Of a stretch of 64,000 nucleotides of DNA, positions 47,701 through 61,010 are shown piece after piece. Positions within the stretch are counted from its first letter, which is position 1, and each line of letters starts with the position of its first letter. The notes beneath the pieces are model-generated. The model was not told the origin of the DNA. It saw only the letters and a list, made by a program, of their open reading frames with translations, and did not search any database. Both the position numbers and the translations under genes were made by a program. This stretch comes from Diadema antillarum (lineage: Eukaryota), in the NCBI RefSeq assembly GCF_040938485.1, contig NW_027271395.1, positions 124,001 to 188,000 on the forward strand, in the 5' to 3' direction.

Positions 47701-49336
47701 TGTACAATGCTGTGGAGTATTTTGTGCCAATTGGCTCTCAAAACTCACATAGGGTTTGTAACTGATGTTTTGTATCTCCATAGCAGTAGTGTTAATGCAC
47801 CTGACTTGTTTGAGTTTAATAGCATTTTTGTGTGTGTGTCAGAAGGTTACAAGTTTGAAAGCAAAATCCTGCATTTAAAATCCCTCGGTGACTTCATTGT
47901 CCAACAAGCATTTTTTGGAACAAGATACAAACATTTTTCAAGTTTTGCAGTGAATCCATGGAGCATTACAAACATTTTTATACACGAGCCTTGATCTGTT
48001 ATGAATAGGTCTTTCTCTTTTCTGGACGGGTGCCAAGAAGAACGGCATGGGGCTACAAGACATGGTCAGCTTGATGTGTGAGCGTACTGCCTTGCTGGCT
48101 GGATTGTCACACCAGAAGGGCGCCCTCAAAGTTGGCATGGACGGCGACATCGTTATCTGGGATCCAGAGTCTACGATCACAGTAAGCCTAGCTCATTGTC
48201 ACCTTTCATTGCTGTGAAATGGTGGGGAGGGTGTGGGGAAATGATTGAGTTATCATTGTTGTGCATGTGATTACACCATTGAGTTGCTCTGCTCTTGGCT
48301 ATGTCAAACATCTTGTTAGATTTTACAATGATCTTGGTGTTTTTCTTAGCACATCATTAATCTTGCATGGCAACATTTACATGTATGTGCAACCTGCTGT
48401 CAGACTGATTTCTGGTCCAGAATGGTATGGAAAAGTGATCATATGTTTGATGAGTTAAATGCTTGCTAACCTACTAAAATTAATGCTAAATTGTACACTC
48501 TTTTTGTTCATTTTCTTGGAAATAGCACATCTTGATAAATGTCCACGATCAATGCAGTAATTGAAGATTGCTCACTTTAAAATTGCGTTCATAATAATTT
48601 ATGTACTGACTGAAACAATATACTTTCACAAGAAGTGTACAGGTACACTTCTCCTTCACCAAAATTGATATTTTATCAAATCCATCAAAGGTTCATTCCA
48701 TCTGGACAGTCTTACCATCTTTTTGGGTAATTTTGATACCCCATGCTTACATACTTGCAAACTTTTATATACTTCAGCTTCCTGGCTTTTGCTTCTGCCA
48801 TCCTCAATATTGACTTTTCAGAGGTTGAAATTTGAAAGCTAAATAGATTTTTGTGTATCCTTCATACTCAGGGAGGCTAGTACTTAACCCTTGTAGGACG
48901 AGTCCTGAGTATACTTGGGCAGGTGTCTATGGGAAACGCGTGTTGTAGCAAAATCAGTCTGTCCTCAATGGGTTTGCTGGAGGTGTTTACAAAATTCATG
49001 GTAATCTTAAGTCTTAAAACACAGACATCTAAGCCATCTTAGCCATCTGATATCATAAGTTTGGTATGCTGCATTTTTACCATCTGCTCCTAAATCTGGT
49101 TGCATCATTTTTTAATTTTTTTTTTCTCTCGGTAGATTCAGCCTGAGAATGTTCACCACCGCCACAAGGTGACTCCATACAGTGGGTTCACCCTACAGGG
49201 AGCAGTCCACACGACCATCGTACGAGGACAGGTTGTGTATCAGGCAGGGTCCTTCAGTGAGCAGCCCAAGGGTTCGCTGCTCCTCTGTGACGCAGACCAA
49301 AGGAGGGGCCCGCCCAGGGCCGACTCCCACCTCTGA
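41300..49336 (+). CDS. Allantoinase (amidohydrolase superfamily, purine catabolism), 469 aa, 9 coding exons
   Basis: Exons 41300-41440, 42586-42737, 43042-43156, 44115-44261, 45179-45333, 45846-46032, 46539-46677, 48009-48181, 49136-49336, phases consistent, total 1410 nt. Metal-site motifs intact: [59 protein letters not shown]. Homologue of bacterial allB / yeast DAL1. Confidence 0.97.
43239..43418. mobile_element. Tc1/pogo-type MITE
   Basis: TA flanks; TIRs CAAGGGAACCTTGTTA vs reverse complement CAGTGGAACCTCGTTA. Confidence 0.75.
43795..44027. mobile_element. TACTGTA-ended MITE family (related pieces ~20255-20396, ~44300-44476, 50526-50737)
   Basis: Inverted ends AAGCTGTTATTTTC / GAAAATAACAGCTT terminating in TACAGTA; similar architecture in the other listed copies. 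Confidence 0.6.
48888..48972. mobile_element. Short piggyBac-like MITE
   Basis: TTAA then CCCTTGTAGGAC; right end reverse complement CCCATTGAGGAC; right TTAA degenerate. Confidence 0.45.
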
Positions 49337-51441
49337 GCCCTGCCCATTAACAGTCCAGCCCATTCAACTTACATTTACACCCACCGCAATCATCATGTCA
49401 GCAAAGCTTTGATGCTGTGCAGACACAATGGTAATTTTAGCCTAATAGAGAAAAGCAAGATGGCCATGGTCATGACGATGATATACACAAAGGTGGTTAT
49501 CATAATGAAGGTGATGATGAAGACGGTGGTGACACTGATGAGCATAATGGAAGATTTCGAAAGAGGACTTAATGAATATGATACATTTCTGACTTAGAGT
49601 CGCAGGCATTGTCAGGCAAAATAAAGCTTAAAAGGGGCATTAACATTAGCAGTTCGGAGAGTACAAGAAATAGAAAACACAGAGTAAACTAAATGTGCAT
49701 TATAAAGTTGCGTAAAAGGTCTGTTAAAACAAGATAGCTAAGCTGCTAATATAAAAAATGAATAATATAAAAGATAAATACTCTCTAAGTCATCGAAATA
49801 CACACTGTATCATTTATGATATGATGATACACTATGCGAAATGTACAGTGTGAAGGGCATGGAAGGAAAAAAAACCTGTTCTGATGAATTGCATGGGGCC
49901 CACAATATGCACCTAGGCAGTGAGTTATGACATAGCTTAGTGTAAAGTGCCAGCTTTCAGTTGTTTGTGGTATGTTGTATGGGTTGTTGAGCCACATAAC
50001 CCAACCCTTGTAATTCATGCCAACTTCCTAACAAGTAGGAATGAACCATGCAAAAAGTTGATTGTATAATGAAATTTTGTATTCTTCATTTCGCGGTGGT
50101 GGACTAGAATTATAGTCTTTTATTTATTGATGAGGCTTACGTAGATGCCTTTGATATAATGGGAGCATAAGGGTAACTGGGATGATTATAAAGGAATTTT
50201 TCACTATTGATCATTCAATTTAACTCAAATAGTTTTATTGCCATATAAAGTAATACATTGTATTGTACATAATGCTTTAAATACATGAGTACAGAATATG
50301 TTAAATTTTGAACCCCACAAGCTTTAACTATTGCATTTGTAAACAATTACAGTAATAACAAATTTGTATTTGGATAGATAAACAAGTGAATAAATACAAT
50401 TTTATTTTTGACAGTATATGGAAAAGAGGAATTCACAAAAGAAGCATAGCTTGTAAGTTTTGTGAATTACTCTCTAAATTTTGTGAATTTATCATTTCAA
50501 ACTACCTCATATTGAAAATTTGTCGTACTGTAAAGCAAGAAGTATTGGTAGTGTGAAATTTTCGTGAATTGGATCCGACAGCTTTTTTCGCAGCATGAAA
50601 TGTTTGTGAATTGCTACTTGCATGTAATGCATTTTAATTTAGACAAGAATTTTTGCTTCTATTTTAATTTCACAAAATTTGGCTCTTGCAAAATTCGTGA
50701 AATTGAAATGTACTTAAAAATTTCTGGTTTTACAGTAAGTGGTTACATAATATCAACAAGAATGTCCTGTATTGTGCATGCATGTGTGTGCGTGTTTGTG
50801 TGTGAATGTATGCCTAACTAACATGCTGGTATGCAAGAGATGCACCAGGGTGGGGTCAGACAGAGATCGCTATTTAATAGACAAGTTGTTTCAGTTGTTT
50901 CAGCATTTACATTTTGCCAGTTAGAATACAGTTAAAGAATTCTTGATTATGGAATTTAATGTGCAATCAAATTTCGAACATATCAATAGTGGAATTTACG
51001 CCATTCCATGAAGACTTTTTAAGGTCAGTATTCATGCTTGAATCGTAATTGCAATACCTTGACAAGAATTTTGCCACAGACACAAATCAGAGCCCTAGTC
51101 ACGATCATGTGCAGATCCTCTGGTTCTGTCAGACAAAATTGGAATATTTCCGTTACACTTCTACCAAAGGCCGACCTACTGTGTACATACATGTTCACTT
51201 GTGACGTGACGTGAATATGAATTTGCATACATGTATGTGTCGATATACCTCATATTCATTTAATTTTGTGCCATTATCTATCGTCAAGTTCTTGAGTATT
51301 TACAGCTGTTTGATATGCATTACAATGCAAGTGAACCAAGGAAAGTGAACTACACATGAGAATATTGCATTGTCATAATACACTGACTCTGCAGAAAACT
51401 TATTGTCTATTTCGTATCCTCTGGCAAAGTAATACTTTAAG

Positions 51442-51832
51442 CAGGGCTCGACACTAACGGTGGCCCGGTGGCCCGGGGCCACCAAAAATGAAAGTCGGGC
51501 CACCAAAATTTTTTGAAAAGTATGTCAATAAATTCGTAACTTTTTGCGCCGGAAATTAGCAGTTAAATTTGTTTAAAGGATGGATGAAAAGGACTGAATG
51601 AGTGCGTGCCTGAGAGTGAGTGTTGCAAGTTTGTTGAGTAGATATGTCCAACTTCTAATTCTTACTATCATAAAACTTAAATATTTGACTCATTAAAAAA
51701 AGGACTTTTAATGTTTTTTATTGTGTTTTTTTCGGGCCACCAAATTTTTCTCTCGGGCCACCAAAAATTTGAAATTTAGGATTTTGGTGGCCCCATCGGG
51801 CCACCGAACAAAAAAGTTAGTGTCGAGCCATG
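51442..51832. mobile_element. hAT-like MITE with 7-bp TSD
   Basis: 17-bp TIR CA(G/T)GGCTCGACACTAAC; CTTTAAG on both flanks; internal GGGCCACC subterminal repeats. Confidence 0.88.
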
Positions 51833-54379
51833 CTTTAAGGACCAGAAATATTTGTATCATGAAACTTGCAAATTTGAGCTGACAGCTTGTTTGTGGCATG
51901 AAACATTTGCAAATCGGCACTTGTCGTTCATGGCACTGTGTAGACAAAAACTTTCATGTGCATTTTATTTTGGTGAATCTTGGCTCCTTAAGAGATTTGC
52001 AAAAGCATCATGATACTTTAGCAAATGGACTTCAGAACAGATTTGTCTAACCATGCACATGGCCAGGTGATATATTGCTAGATGCACAATATATGTTTCT
52101 TTTTTTGGCATTGCATGAGTATAAAAAGCATTGATCTGTGCATGAGTTCACATTGTTTTTTTAATAGAAAATACAAATTGTCAGGAAAATACAACTTTTG
52201 GGTGTGAAGAATACACTTTGAATTCCAGAGATCGGATCATGCACACGAAAAGTTCTGGTTCTACAGAAGTCATGAGGGGTAGACATTGAGATTTTTTTTT
52301 TACAGCTCTTTTCATTAGAATAGGTAGAAAGTGATAATGCATGACACAGGGTTGAGATGCCAATCTGTGTCATTGCAAGCTGGTGGATTCCACCCATGTG
52401 GCTGGGATCCAGGTTCTGGTACTCGTGTTGTGCTATGTGGCACAATATGAACTGAAAGTTTGAGCATTTCACAGTACTTGTGTGCCTTGTGGCATGATAA
52501 TAATAAAGTTAAGTTTAGAGAATTTCTTGAGGGAAATGTGACCAGAGCACTAGAAATCACACACGAAAAAAAACATTGGCAAAATGATTGATCCATACTG
52601 ACATGCATGCTACGTATATGTTCCCCATGTGCCACTAATTTTGCGGCAATGAAGGGTCTGTCAAAACATTGTTATGATTGGCATCTATTGAGTGCAGTGA
52701 GTGCCTTATTTTTGTGTGTATGTCAGATTTGCTTGAGCTGTGTGATTTTAAATGCCTATATATCTTTCAGTCAACTTCAGTGCACTACAATGCACTACAA
52801 TGCACACATCCCATGAATGTAATGGGTATACGTAATGGTGTATGTGTATAATGATTATTACATATCATATTTATGTGCAGGGTATATTTGGGCTTACAAG
52901 CATATTGGTGGTGAAGTTTTGGAAGACCTTTCAGAGCGTATATTCTACTTCAGTATATCAAGTATCATCTAGAGATTGGATAATATTGGTGAGATATTCA
53001 ATTTTTGAAAAAAAGAAGTATGCTGTTACAAGCCAGTAATTATTGTATACATGTACATATTGTAACTATTCTCCATCGTGTTTTATTTTGCGTTGATAAG
53101 TATGGTTTAGTGTCAGTTTGAATTAATTAATTTGGAGTAGATATCGGGATGATAAAAAACTCCTGTCAGAGATGTTATGAGAAATTAATGAAGTAGACAC
53201 ATTGTATCAAGATATTTTATATGGAAAGGTGGCCTGCCGCTACGACAAGAAGGGGCCTGAAGTAGAAAACAGCTGAGCCTTAAAAAAAAACCAAATAAAT
53301 GAATAAAAAAGAATCTTGTTTGAAATCAGATTATCAAAATTTGATATTAATGATCATTGATCAATGATCAATTTTTCTGCCATTCATCAAAATTTTGCCA
53401 AAATGATTAAAGGAAAGGCAAACAATTGCATTTTCTTATGGCATGTTTGGGGATGTCAAGAAGTTAGAAATGCATTTTCATTTCAGAAAACTAGACTAGT
53501 ACAATTGTACCCTGAAAGGACTTTGCCCCTAGTATTCTAAACAAAGTGAGCATCATTGTTAGTCACACAGGCTCTTCTGTTTATTGTAGCAAACAAGCAG
53601 AGAGCTCACACAATGGCCATTACATTGCATGATCATGTGTGAGTGTGTGTGGGTGTGGGTGTGTGCATGTGTGTATGTTTTCATTGTAATTTCTTTATTA
53701 AATGGAATGGTGACATACAAAGCTAAGCTGTAAAAGTGATTTTTTGTTATACGTAATTATATACAATGCATAATATTTGGTTCTACATGGTGGTGTATGT
53801 ATTTTATAGGGGATGGTATTGTATGGGAAATTGAATATAAGTTTCTCTGTTATCACTTCATGCTGGACTTGCACAAGGCTTATAAGGCCTCGTACCTAAA
53901 GAGGGGGGAAACTGAGCTACATAGTTCGACATGTCTTACTCCATCTTGCTTGTTTCTGTTTCTCCTCTTTCACTTGTCCTCTTTTGTTTTTATTTGTCTT
54001 GTTTGCTGACTCTGTCATTTTCAAAAGGCTCACTTCAATCATTCCTGGGAGCATCTGCATTCCTTCAACCATTGTGTTCTGCCAGACTTTCCTTTTTGAT
54101 AATAGGATTTGCAAGTCTTTTCCAGGTCTGTTGTTGTATTTCCTCCATACAATATGGCTCTAAGTGATTGCTATGTACTACCCGTCATTTTCATCGGTGA
54201 GTACATGTCATGACTTAGTGCCGACTGACCATGACCAAGTGGGCAATGAATACTGGGTGTTGAGACACAGTGATCAGTCGGTTTGGTGAAACGGCCAGTA
54301 CATTTTAATAAAGACAAATATATTGGCAGTGGCTTGAAGAATAGTATATTTTCCATAGGTTGAGATTCTTTTCCATTTC

Positions 54380-55483
54380 CTCCAAATACCCTCTTTACTT
54401 GTCGCGGAGTCTGTGCATGAACTGTGTGCACAGAATCATGCTCTGTTTCCTTGCATCGTGCCCCATAAGCAGGGCCTCCAAGGTAATCGCACAGTCAGTT
54501 ATGGTTTCATTTGGCATTTGCAGACAAGCATAGACTGCTTCCATTGGGGAGATGGTGAAATCCAGCGCACCACACTCCTCCATGAGTTCTTTGAATACCT
54601 CTTCTGACAAGATCCCTTGCTTTACCACCAGTGTGCCACACCACCTCGTGGTATAACTTGAACTTGAACTTGAAGTTTATTCTGTTTCATTTAAAAAACA
54701 TATCATTTGTACAATAAGAAACTGAGGACAGGAAACGAGTATATGAACATACATACGTAACATAACAACAACTACACTATATGTATAAATGAAACATGGA
54801 AACTACAACATGTACAAAAGACTGGAGTCTTGTCAGGGTAGTTCCCAACAGAAAGAATAATTATAGGAAACAATATTGCTTTACGATCAAGACATAGGAC
54901 AGGTGAAAATATAAGAAAAAAAACCAACCAAACAAGCAAACAAACATACACAAAATATATACATGTATTATCATTAATGAAATAAAAGTGTATAGTCATA
55001 TCACACCTAGAAAACAAAAACCATTACATTATTTATAATCATAGTGTATTTCATAATGACAACTCTAACTTTCTAACAACAGTCTTTTCAGATTTTTCTT
55101 AAAAACATATGTAGTTGGAGAATTTATAACTGTATCTGGTAAAGAATTCCATAATGAGGGTCCAGTATGTCTCAGTGTGTGCATTACATACTTCTTATCT
55201 ACTTTAAATAAATGATATTTATTACTAATGCGAGTATTGTAACTATGAATTTGATAATTAGATTTAAACATACCAGAAATCATCTCAGGTAACAAATTCA
55301 TTTTATGCTTGAACATATACATAAGAATAACACTGCAGGAGCACCCGGTCCCTTCCCCCATAGGAGGAACCTCATATCCCTTACCCAATCTTGAATTGGG
55401 AGGCCTTGCTTTTCATAACCTCTGAAAATTTGACCTGTGAATGGCCCACCGTAGCTAATTTTCCTTTTCATATGTACCCAGTT
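54380..55483 (-). pseudogene. Decayed Gypsy/PNMA-like retrotransposon gag, split by a LINE
   Basis: 55483-55328 reads NWVHMKRKISYGGPFTGQIFRGYEKQGLPIQDWVRDMRFLLWGKGPGAPAVL and resumes in frame at 54653 with YHEVVWHTGGKARDLV; a frameshifted continuation has CLQMPNETITDCAITLEALL and LCTQFMHRLRD, gag-like Q.P.E.I.D and QF..GL.D motifs. Confidence 0.55.
54657..55327 (-). mobile_element. L2/CR1-type LINE 3' fragment, 5' truncated
   Basis: Translates MYMFKHKMNLLPEMISGMFKSNYQIHSYNTR...GPSLWNSLPDTV...FKKNLKRLLLES*; (CAAGTT)n tail at ~54655-54677. Confidence 0.85.
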
Positions 55484-55777
55484 CGTCTCTCGGGCAACCC
55501 GATTTAATCGGTAGAACCATCTTCCGCAGCTGCAGCACTTTACAAGACATCGCCTTTCCTTTAATCATACAGTCCTACAGCCATTCTGTCTGGAGAGTGG
55601 ACGGTGTTTCCATTTTCTGTCAGTTTGGGCTGTGTAGGCATTGATATCTTCCTTTTTGCCTCCTGCAGTGACATACTTTTACCGGAGACCTTTATTCACT
55701 GTAGGTTGTTCCATCCTCAGGAAGACATTGATCCACAGCTTTTTGCCACTGCTTTCTGTCTAGTGTCTGAGTCTATA

Positions 55778-56284
55778 CAGTGCACTCCCGTTATAACGAA
55801 ATGCTCGGGACCAGCAGTTTTCTTTCGTTATAACCGAACAAAAACAATATATAACGAAAACAAGGAACCACGTATAGATGTCTATATATCATATTATGTT
55901 TGCTGAATACTCATCATACACTGGATAGCTATATGTGAAATGTGATGGGATAACTGTGACAGTATCACAGTAACAAGTTCCCCTCAGAAACTGTGCGTGA
56001 CACAAGGAGCGAACACCCATGCAGAGACGTTATAAACGCTTGTTCCGCTACGTATTTTCGAAAGCAATTCGCATTTCGTTATAACGGAGCACATTTCTTT
56101 TGTTTTTCTTTGTCTGTGGCGCTCAGAAAAGACTTCGTTATAACGGAAATTTCGCTATAGCTGTGTTCGTTATAAGCGAATTTTGTACCATAGACTTTAA
56201 TGGTGATAATTTTGGGTCTAGAAGATTTACTTCGTTATAATGAAATTTCGTTATAACCGTGTTCGTTGTAACGGGAGTGCACTG
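55778..56284. mobile_element. Tc1/pogo-type MITE, copy 2 (inverted relative to 20587-21106)
   Basis: TA TSDs; TIR CAGTGCACTCCCGTTA; full-length similarity to copy 1. Confidence 0.92.
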
Positions 56285-58984
56285 TATGCATGTCCACATG
56301 CTATGCATGCTGAATGTAAGAAAAATCCTGAAAAAGCGGAAAATAAGTTCTTACAAAACAGTATGTTTTTTTTGTGTGTGTTTGTGGTTTTTTTTTGTTT
56401 TGTATTGTTTTTTTGCTTACAGAGCCAATAGTGTAATCTAATGGCCGAACTTTCCTGACTTCGATTCTCCAAGAATCCTGGCCATTCGGCTAGTGCATCA
56501 GGTCAATTTTAAGGTCTGCTTGCTTCCGGGGTTGGAGCACTTCTCATTCGTCTTGCTCTCCAGCTCCGCACCTTGCCACCTCGTACCTGTTAGTGCGGTA
56601 TGGTATGTAATCCCGTAGGATTTTTTTTTGCCAAAATTGATTTTTTTTTTTTGCTGTTTTGGCTTCAAAAGGGTCCCAATGGGCCAAAAATGATGGGGTT
56701 CAAATTTTCAGACCCCTCCTTCACTTCGTGGGGGGTCCTTTTTGGGTGCCATATTGGCTTGTATAAAGCCCAATAGGGAAATTAGGTTTATTCAGCCATA
56801 ATAGTAATACATAGATTTTCCCCAATTTTAGTGTGAAGCTGTCGGATATGTATAAGAATTACATTTTCAATGATATTGTGATGTAAAACTTTTTAACTTT
56901 TATCGCATGGGGGCGCACTTTACGAAATGTTGCAAGAAACTGAAAAATATCACAGAAAATTGTGCCCATATTCTTTCTTTTGGGCTAGAACTTTGAAATG
57001 ATATGTGGAAATGACATTACTGTGTTTTGTTATACAGTGGATTAATTGAGGATGTCATAAACATGATTATTTTCAGTCTGTGAATGCAAAATCAATCATT
57101 AGTATTTCATCAACGGAATGACTTATTACAACACCCGATGGCGCCACGCCTTTAGGCGATAATACGATCAAACAATCCTCTGAAATATCAACTTCTACGC
57201 ACTTTGATTGCATCAATGAATCAGAAAGCTGACACATTTCAAATGTGACAGCTTGCCGATGCAAAATCATACAAAACAGTGCAGTCCCCCCCCCCCCAGA
57301 AACACAGAAACAAGTAACTATTTTGTTCACAAACACATGTACGTGACACAATGTCTGCTAGAACTAAAGAATCATTTGGAATTTTTTTCCAGTTAAAAAC
57401 GAACATACAATGAAATCGAGAAAAGGGAAAATCACCTACTTTGTGGTTACCATGACAACAGGAAATGCTCATCAGACTTTCGCCAAAAGTCACTCGCTGT
57501 CACTGTCTAGAGCATCTTCCCTTGTCTGGTTTTCACATTCTCCACCATACCATTTGCAGAGAGGAGTCATGGGCGTCACCAGGGGGGGTGCGTTGGGTGC
57601 GAACGCACCCCCCTTCAGCCCCTTTAAAAAAAAAAAAAAAAAAAAAAAAATCAGTCTGAGAGCGACATCAACGCCGGACGCTAAATAATTATTTATTTAT
57701 TTATTTTTTTTTGCACCAGGGACAACAAATTCGTGGGCAAAAACAATTCGCACCCCTGGCTCTGGCAGCACTGATTTTATACATATCTACTAGTATACAG
57801 TGTTTACTATTTATCGACCGTACTGTACATCCGTACGGTACGGAGCACGTACACGTTTGCATGTTACGTGTGCTACTTACAAGTTAGTGTAGGGTCTATG
57901 TACGTTACTTCTGACCAATCCATATTGCCAGCCCAAGTGCGAGCCTTAGCCTCATTAAAAATAAAGAATAAAAAAATGCCCACCTCCCTCCATAATTCCA
58001 GAGACGAGAAGAATTCCTTCTTACCTTTTTTTTTTTTTTTTTTTGGACAGAAAATGCCCCCATCAAAATATTGGAGGAGCAAGCATATTATAATTTTGCA
58101 CCCCATAATCAATATTTAAAAATTAGTAAATGAGAAGATTTTTCTTGCTTTTGAAAGAAAAAAAAAAGTGGTGCCCCCATAAAAATATTGGAAGGCAAGC
58201 GCACCATTTGCCCCACCCCACATAATCATAATTCCCGCGATGAAAAGAAATTCTTGCTTTTTTGTTAGAAATATGTCCAATTATTTCACCCAAAAGCAGT
58301 GGCGTAGCTATGGAGGGGGTTTGAACCCCCCCCCCACCCCCATCCGCTGGTTTAAAAAAAAAGAAGAAAAAAAGGTAATTCAAGGGTTAGTAAACTGCTT
58401 TTGAAATCGACATGAAATGGTGATCAAGAAATAATATATTTTCCTTTGATTTCTTTTAACCATAATTCAAGAGGTATAAAGTGTGAAACATTGTTCAAAA
58501 TGCCCGGAGCCGACAAAAGATTGTGATTCAGCGTGATTCCTGGTTGACATTCTGCATAAAGCAGGATGTGCGCAGTGTACTCAGAACATCCGAACGGCAA
58601 ACAGAGTCGGTGCAATTAAATGTTGCGCAATGTGATGTAGAATGTACACCTTTAACCTTACGCTTTGTTGTATTAAAGCTAGATCATTGATTTTGCAGTG
58701 TTGCTTTACATACTAGTCTATATAAAAATGTCTTGCATTGCCAATAAAAAGACTTGACCTGGGCTAATTCCTAACTTTTCCATGTATATAATACATACAC
58801 ACAAACAAACACTCACACTTAGGGGATGCTCTAAAGTGCAGATTTTGGACATCCTTCCCCTGCTTGGTCACTTCGATGCCACCTCGCTGGTCATACCTCC
58901 CCCAGTCATGAACATAAACCCACACCCTGGACTACCAGTGGCGGATCGAGGAGTGGGGGGACGCAACGGGCGTCCCCCCCCCTT

Positions 58985-60110
58985 AATTTCCAATGCGAAA
59001 AATTATAGTTACAAACGGCAGTTTTTGGACTGTATAATGTCAAAATTTTCAAGCTCGCTCGCTCCGCTCGCTCGCATTTAGTCGTAATGCCATTTTCCTG
59101 ACGTTGCTGCAAGTAATTGCCAGCAGTTGCGCCCGTTGCGCCCCGTCCCTTTATTTCCAAAGCGAAAAAATATAGCTACAAACGGCAGTTTTGGGACTGT
59201 AAATAAAATGTCAATATTTTCAAGCTCGCTCTCTCCGCTCGCTCGCATTTAATTGTTATGTCATTAGCTGACAGTAATTGCCAGCAGTTACGCCCGATGC
59301 CCCCCCCCCTAATTTCGAAAGCAAAAAAAAAAATAGCTACAAACGGCGGTTTTTGGACTGTAAAATGTTAAAATTTTCAAGCTCGCTCGCATTTAATCTT
59401 TATGCAATTCTCCTGATGTTACTGCCAGTAATTGTCAGCAGTTGCGCCCAGTGCGCCCGATGCCCCCCCCCCCTCTAATCTCCAAAGCGAAAAATATAGC
59501 TACAAACGGCAGCTTTTGGACTGTAAAGTGTCAAAATTTTCGAGCTCGCTCGCTCCGCTCGCTCGCATTTGATTGTCATATGCCATTCTCCTGATGTTGC
59601 TGCCAGTAATTGCCGGCAGTTGCGCCCGGTGCGCCCCCTCCTTTATTTCGAAAGCGAAGAAATATAGCTACAAATGGCAGTTTTTGGACTGTTAATGTCA
59701 AACATTTCAAGCTCGCTCTCTTCGCTCCCTCGCATTTAATCGCTATGCCATTCTCCTGATGTTGGTGCCAGTAATTGCCGGCAGTTGCGTCTGGTGCGCC
59801 CCCTTCCTTTATTTCCAAAGCGAAAATATAGCTACATAGGGCAGTTTTTGGACTGTAAAATGTCAACATTTTCAAGCTCGCTCTCTTCGCTTGCTCGCAT
59901 CTAATCGCTATGTCATTCACCTGATGTTGCTGCCAGTAATTGCCAGCAGTTGTGCCCGGTGCGCCTCCCCCTTAAATTCCAAAGCGAAAAAATATAGCTA
60001 TACAAACGGCATTTTTTTTTACTGTAAAGTGTCAAAATTTTCAAGCTCGCTCACTCCGCTCGCTCGCGTTAAATTGCTATGCAATTTTCCTGATGTTGCT
60101 GCCAGCAATT
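58985..60110 (+). repeat. ~165-bp tandem repeat, about 7 copies
   Basis: Anchor (A/G)AGCTCGCT at 59051, 59222, 59379, 59542, 59709, 59874, 60043 (spacing 157-171 bp). Confidence 0.95.
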
Positions 60111-60149
60111 TTTCATTTCACACCGTCATTCCATAATCCATTGATAGGG

Positions 60150-61010
60150 GGGACCACAACCTCCCCCCTTGTTCGCTCCGCTTGCTCGGGCTCGGTCGCG
60201 TTCATGACATTAGTGTAAGAATTAATACTAGAAGTTTATTTAAATGATACTGTTTATAGGCAAATTGTTCAATAACAATTTACTTCAAAATGTACTGATG
60301 CCTTCAACAAGTAGGACTGTTTCGAGTCGATAAAACACGCAAAAAAACCTGCATCAAATTGCACACTTTACAACAGCAAAATGCAAAAAGTGCTCACCGT
60401 GGGAGGGGGGCACTCCCTCCCACATCCTCCCCCTCGCTCACTCCGCTCGCTCTTGCTTGGCCGCGTTCATGAAATTCAGTGTAAATATTAAAACAGGAAG
60501 TTTATTGGGATGATAATATTCTATAGGCAAATTGTTCAATAATAATCTACATCAAAATATACTTCTACCTTAACATGAGGGATTGGTTCAAGTCGATAAA
60601 ACAAGCAAAAACAAGCATCAAATTGCACCATAATTACAACATCACAATGCAATTTCAGTTCTAACCGTGGGAGGGGGGTTGGATTCCTCCCACATCTTCC
60701 CCCTCGCTCGCTCCGCTTGCTCGGGCTCGGTCGCGTTCATGACATCAGTGTAAGAATCAATACAAGAAGTTTATTGAAATGATATGATTTATGGGCACAT
60801 TGTTCAACAACAATTTCCATCAAAATGTACTGCTACCTTAAACAAGTGGGACTGTTTCAAGTCGATAAAAACACGTAAAAAAACTGCATCAAATTGCACC
60901 ATTTACAACATCAAAATGCAAAAAGTTCTCACCGTGGGAGGAGTGGAAACAACAGGGACTTCCACACCCTCCCCCCCCCCCCCCACCTTGCTCGCTCCCT
61001 CGCATACTAA
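60150..61010 (+). repeat. ~267-bp tandem repeat, about 3 copies
   Basis: Anchor GCGTTCATGA at 60198, 60463, 60733 (spacing 265 and 270 bp); shares the CGCTCGCTCCGCT motif with the 165-bp unit. Confidence 0.92.

Noticed and set aside
53880-53930. Polypurine tract / LTR boundary for the gag relic
   Set aside because: The purine run is on the wrong strand for a minus-strand element and no matching second LTR was found.
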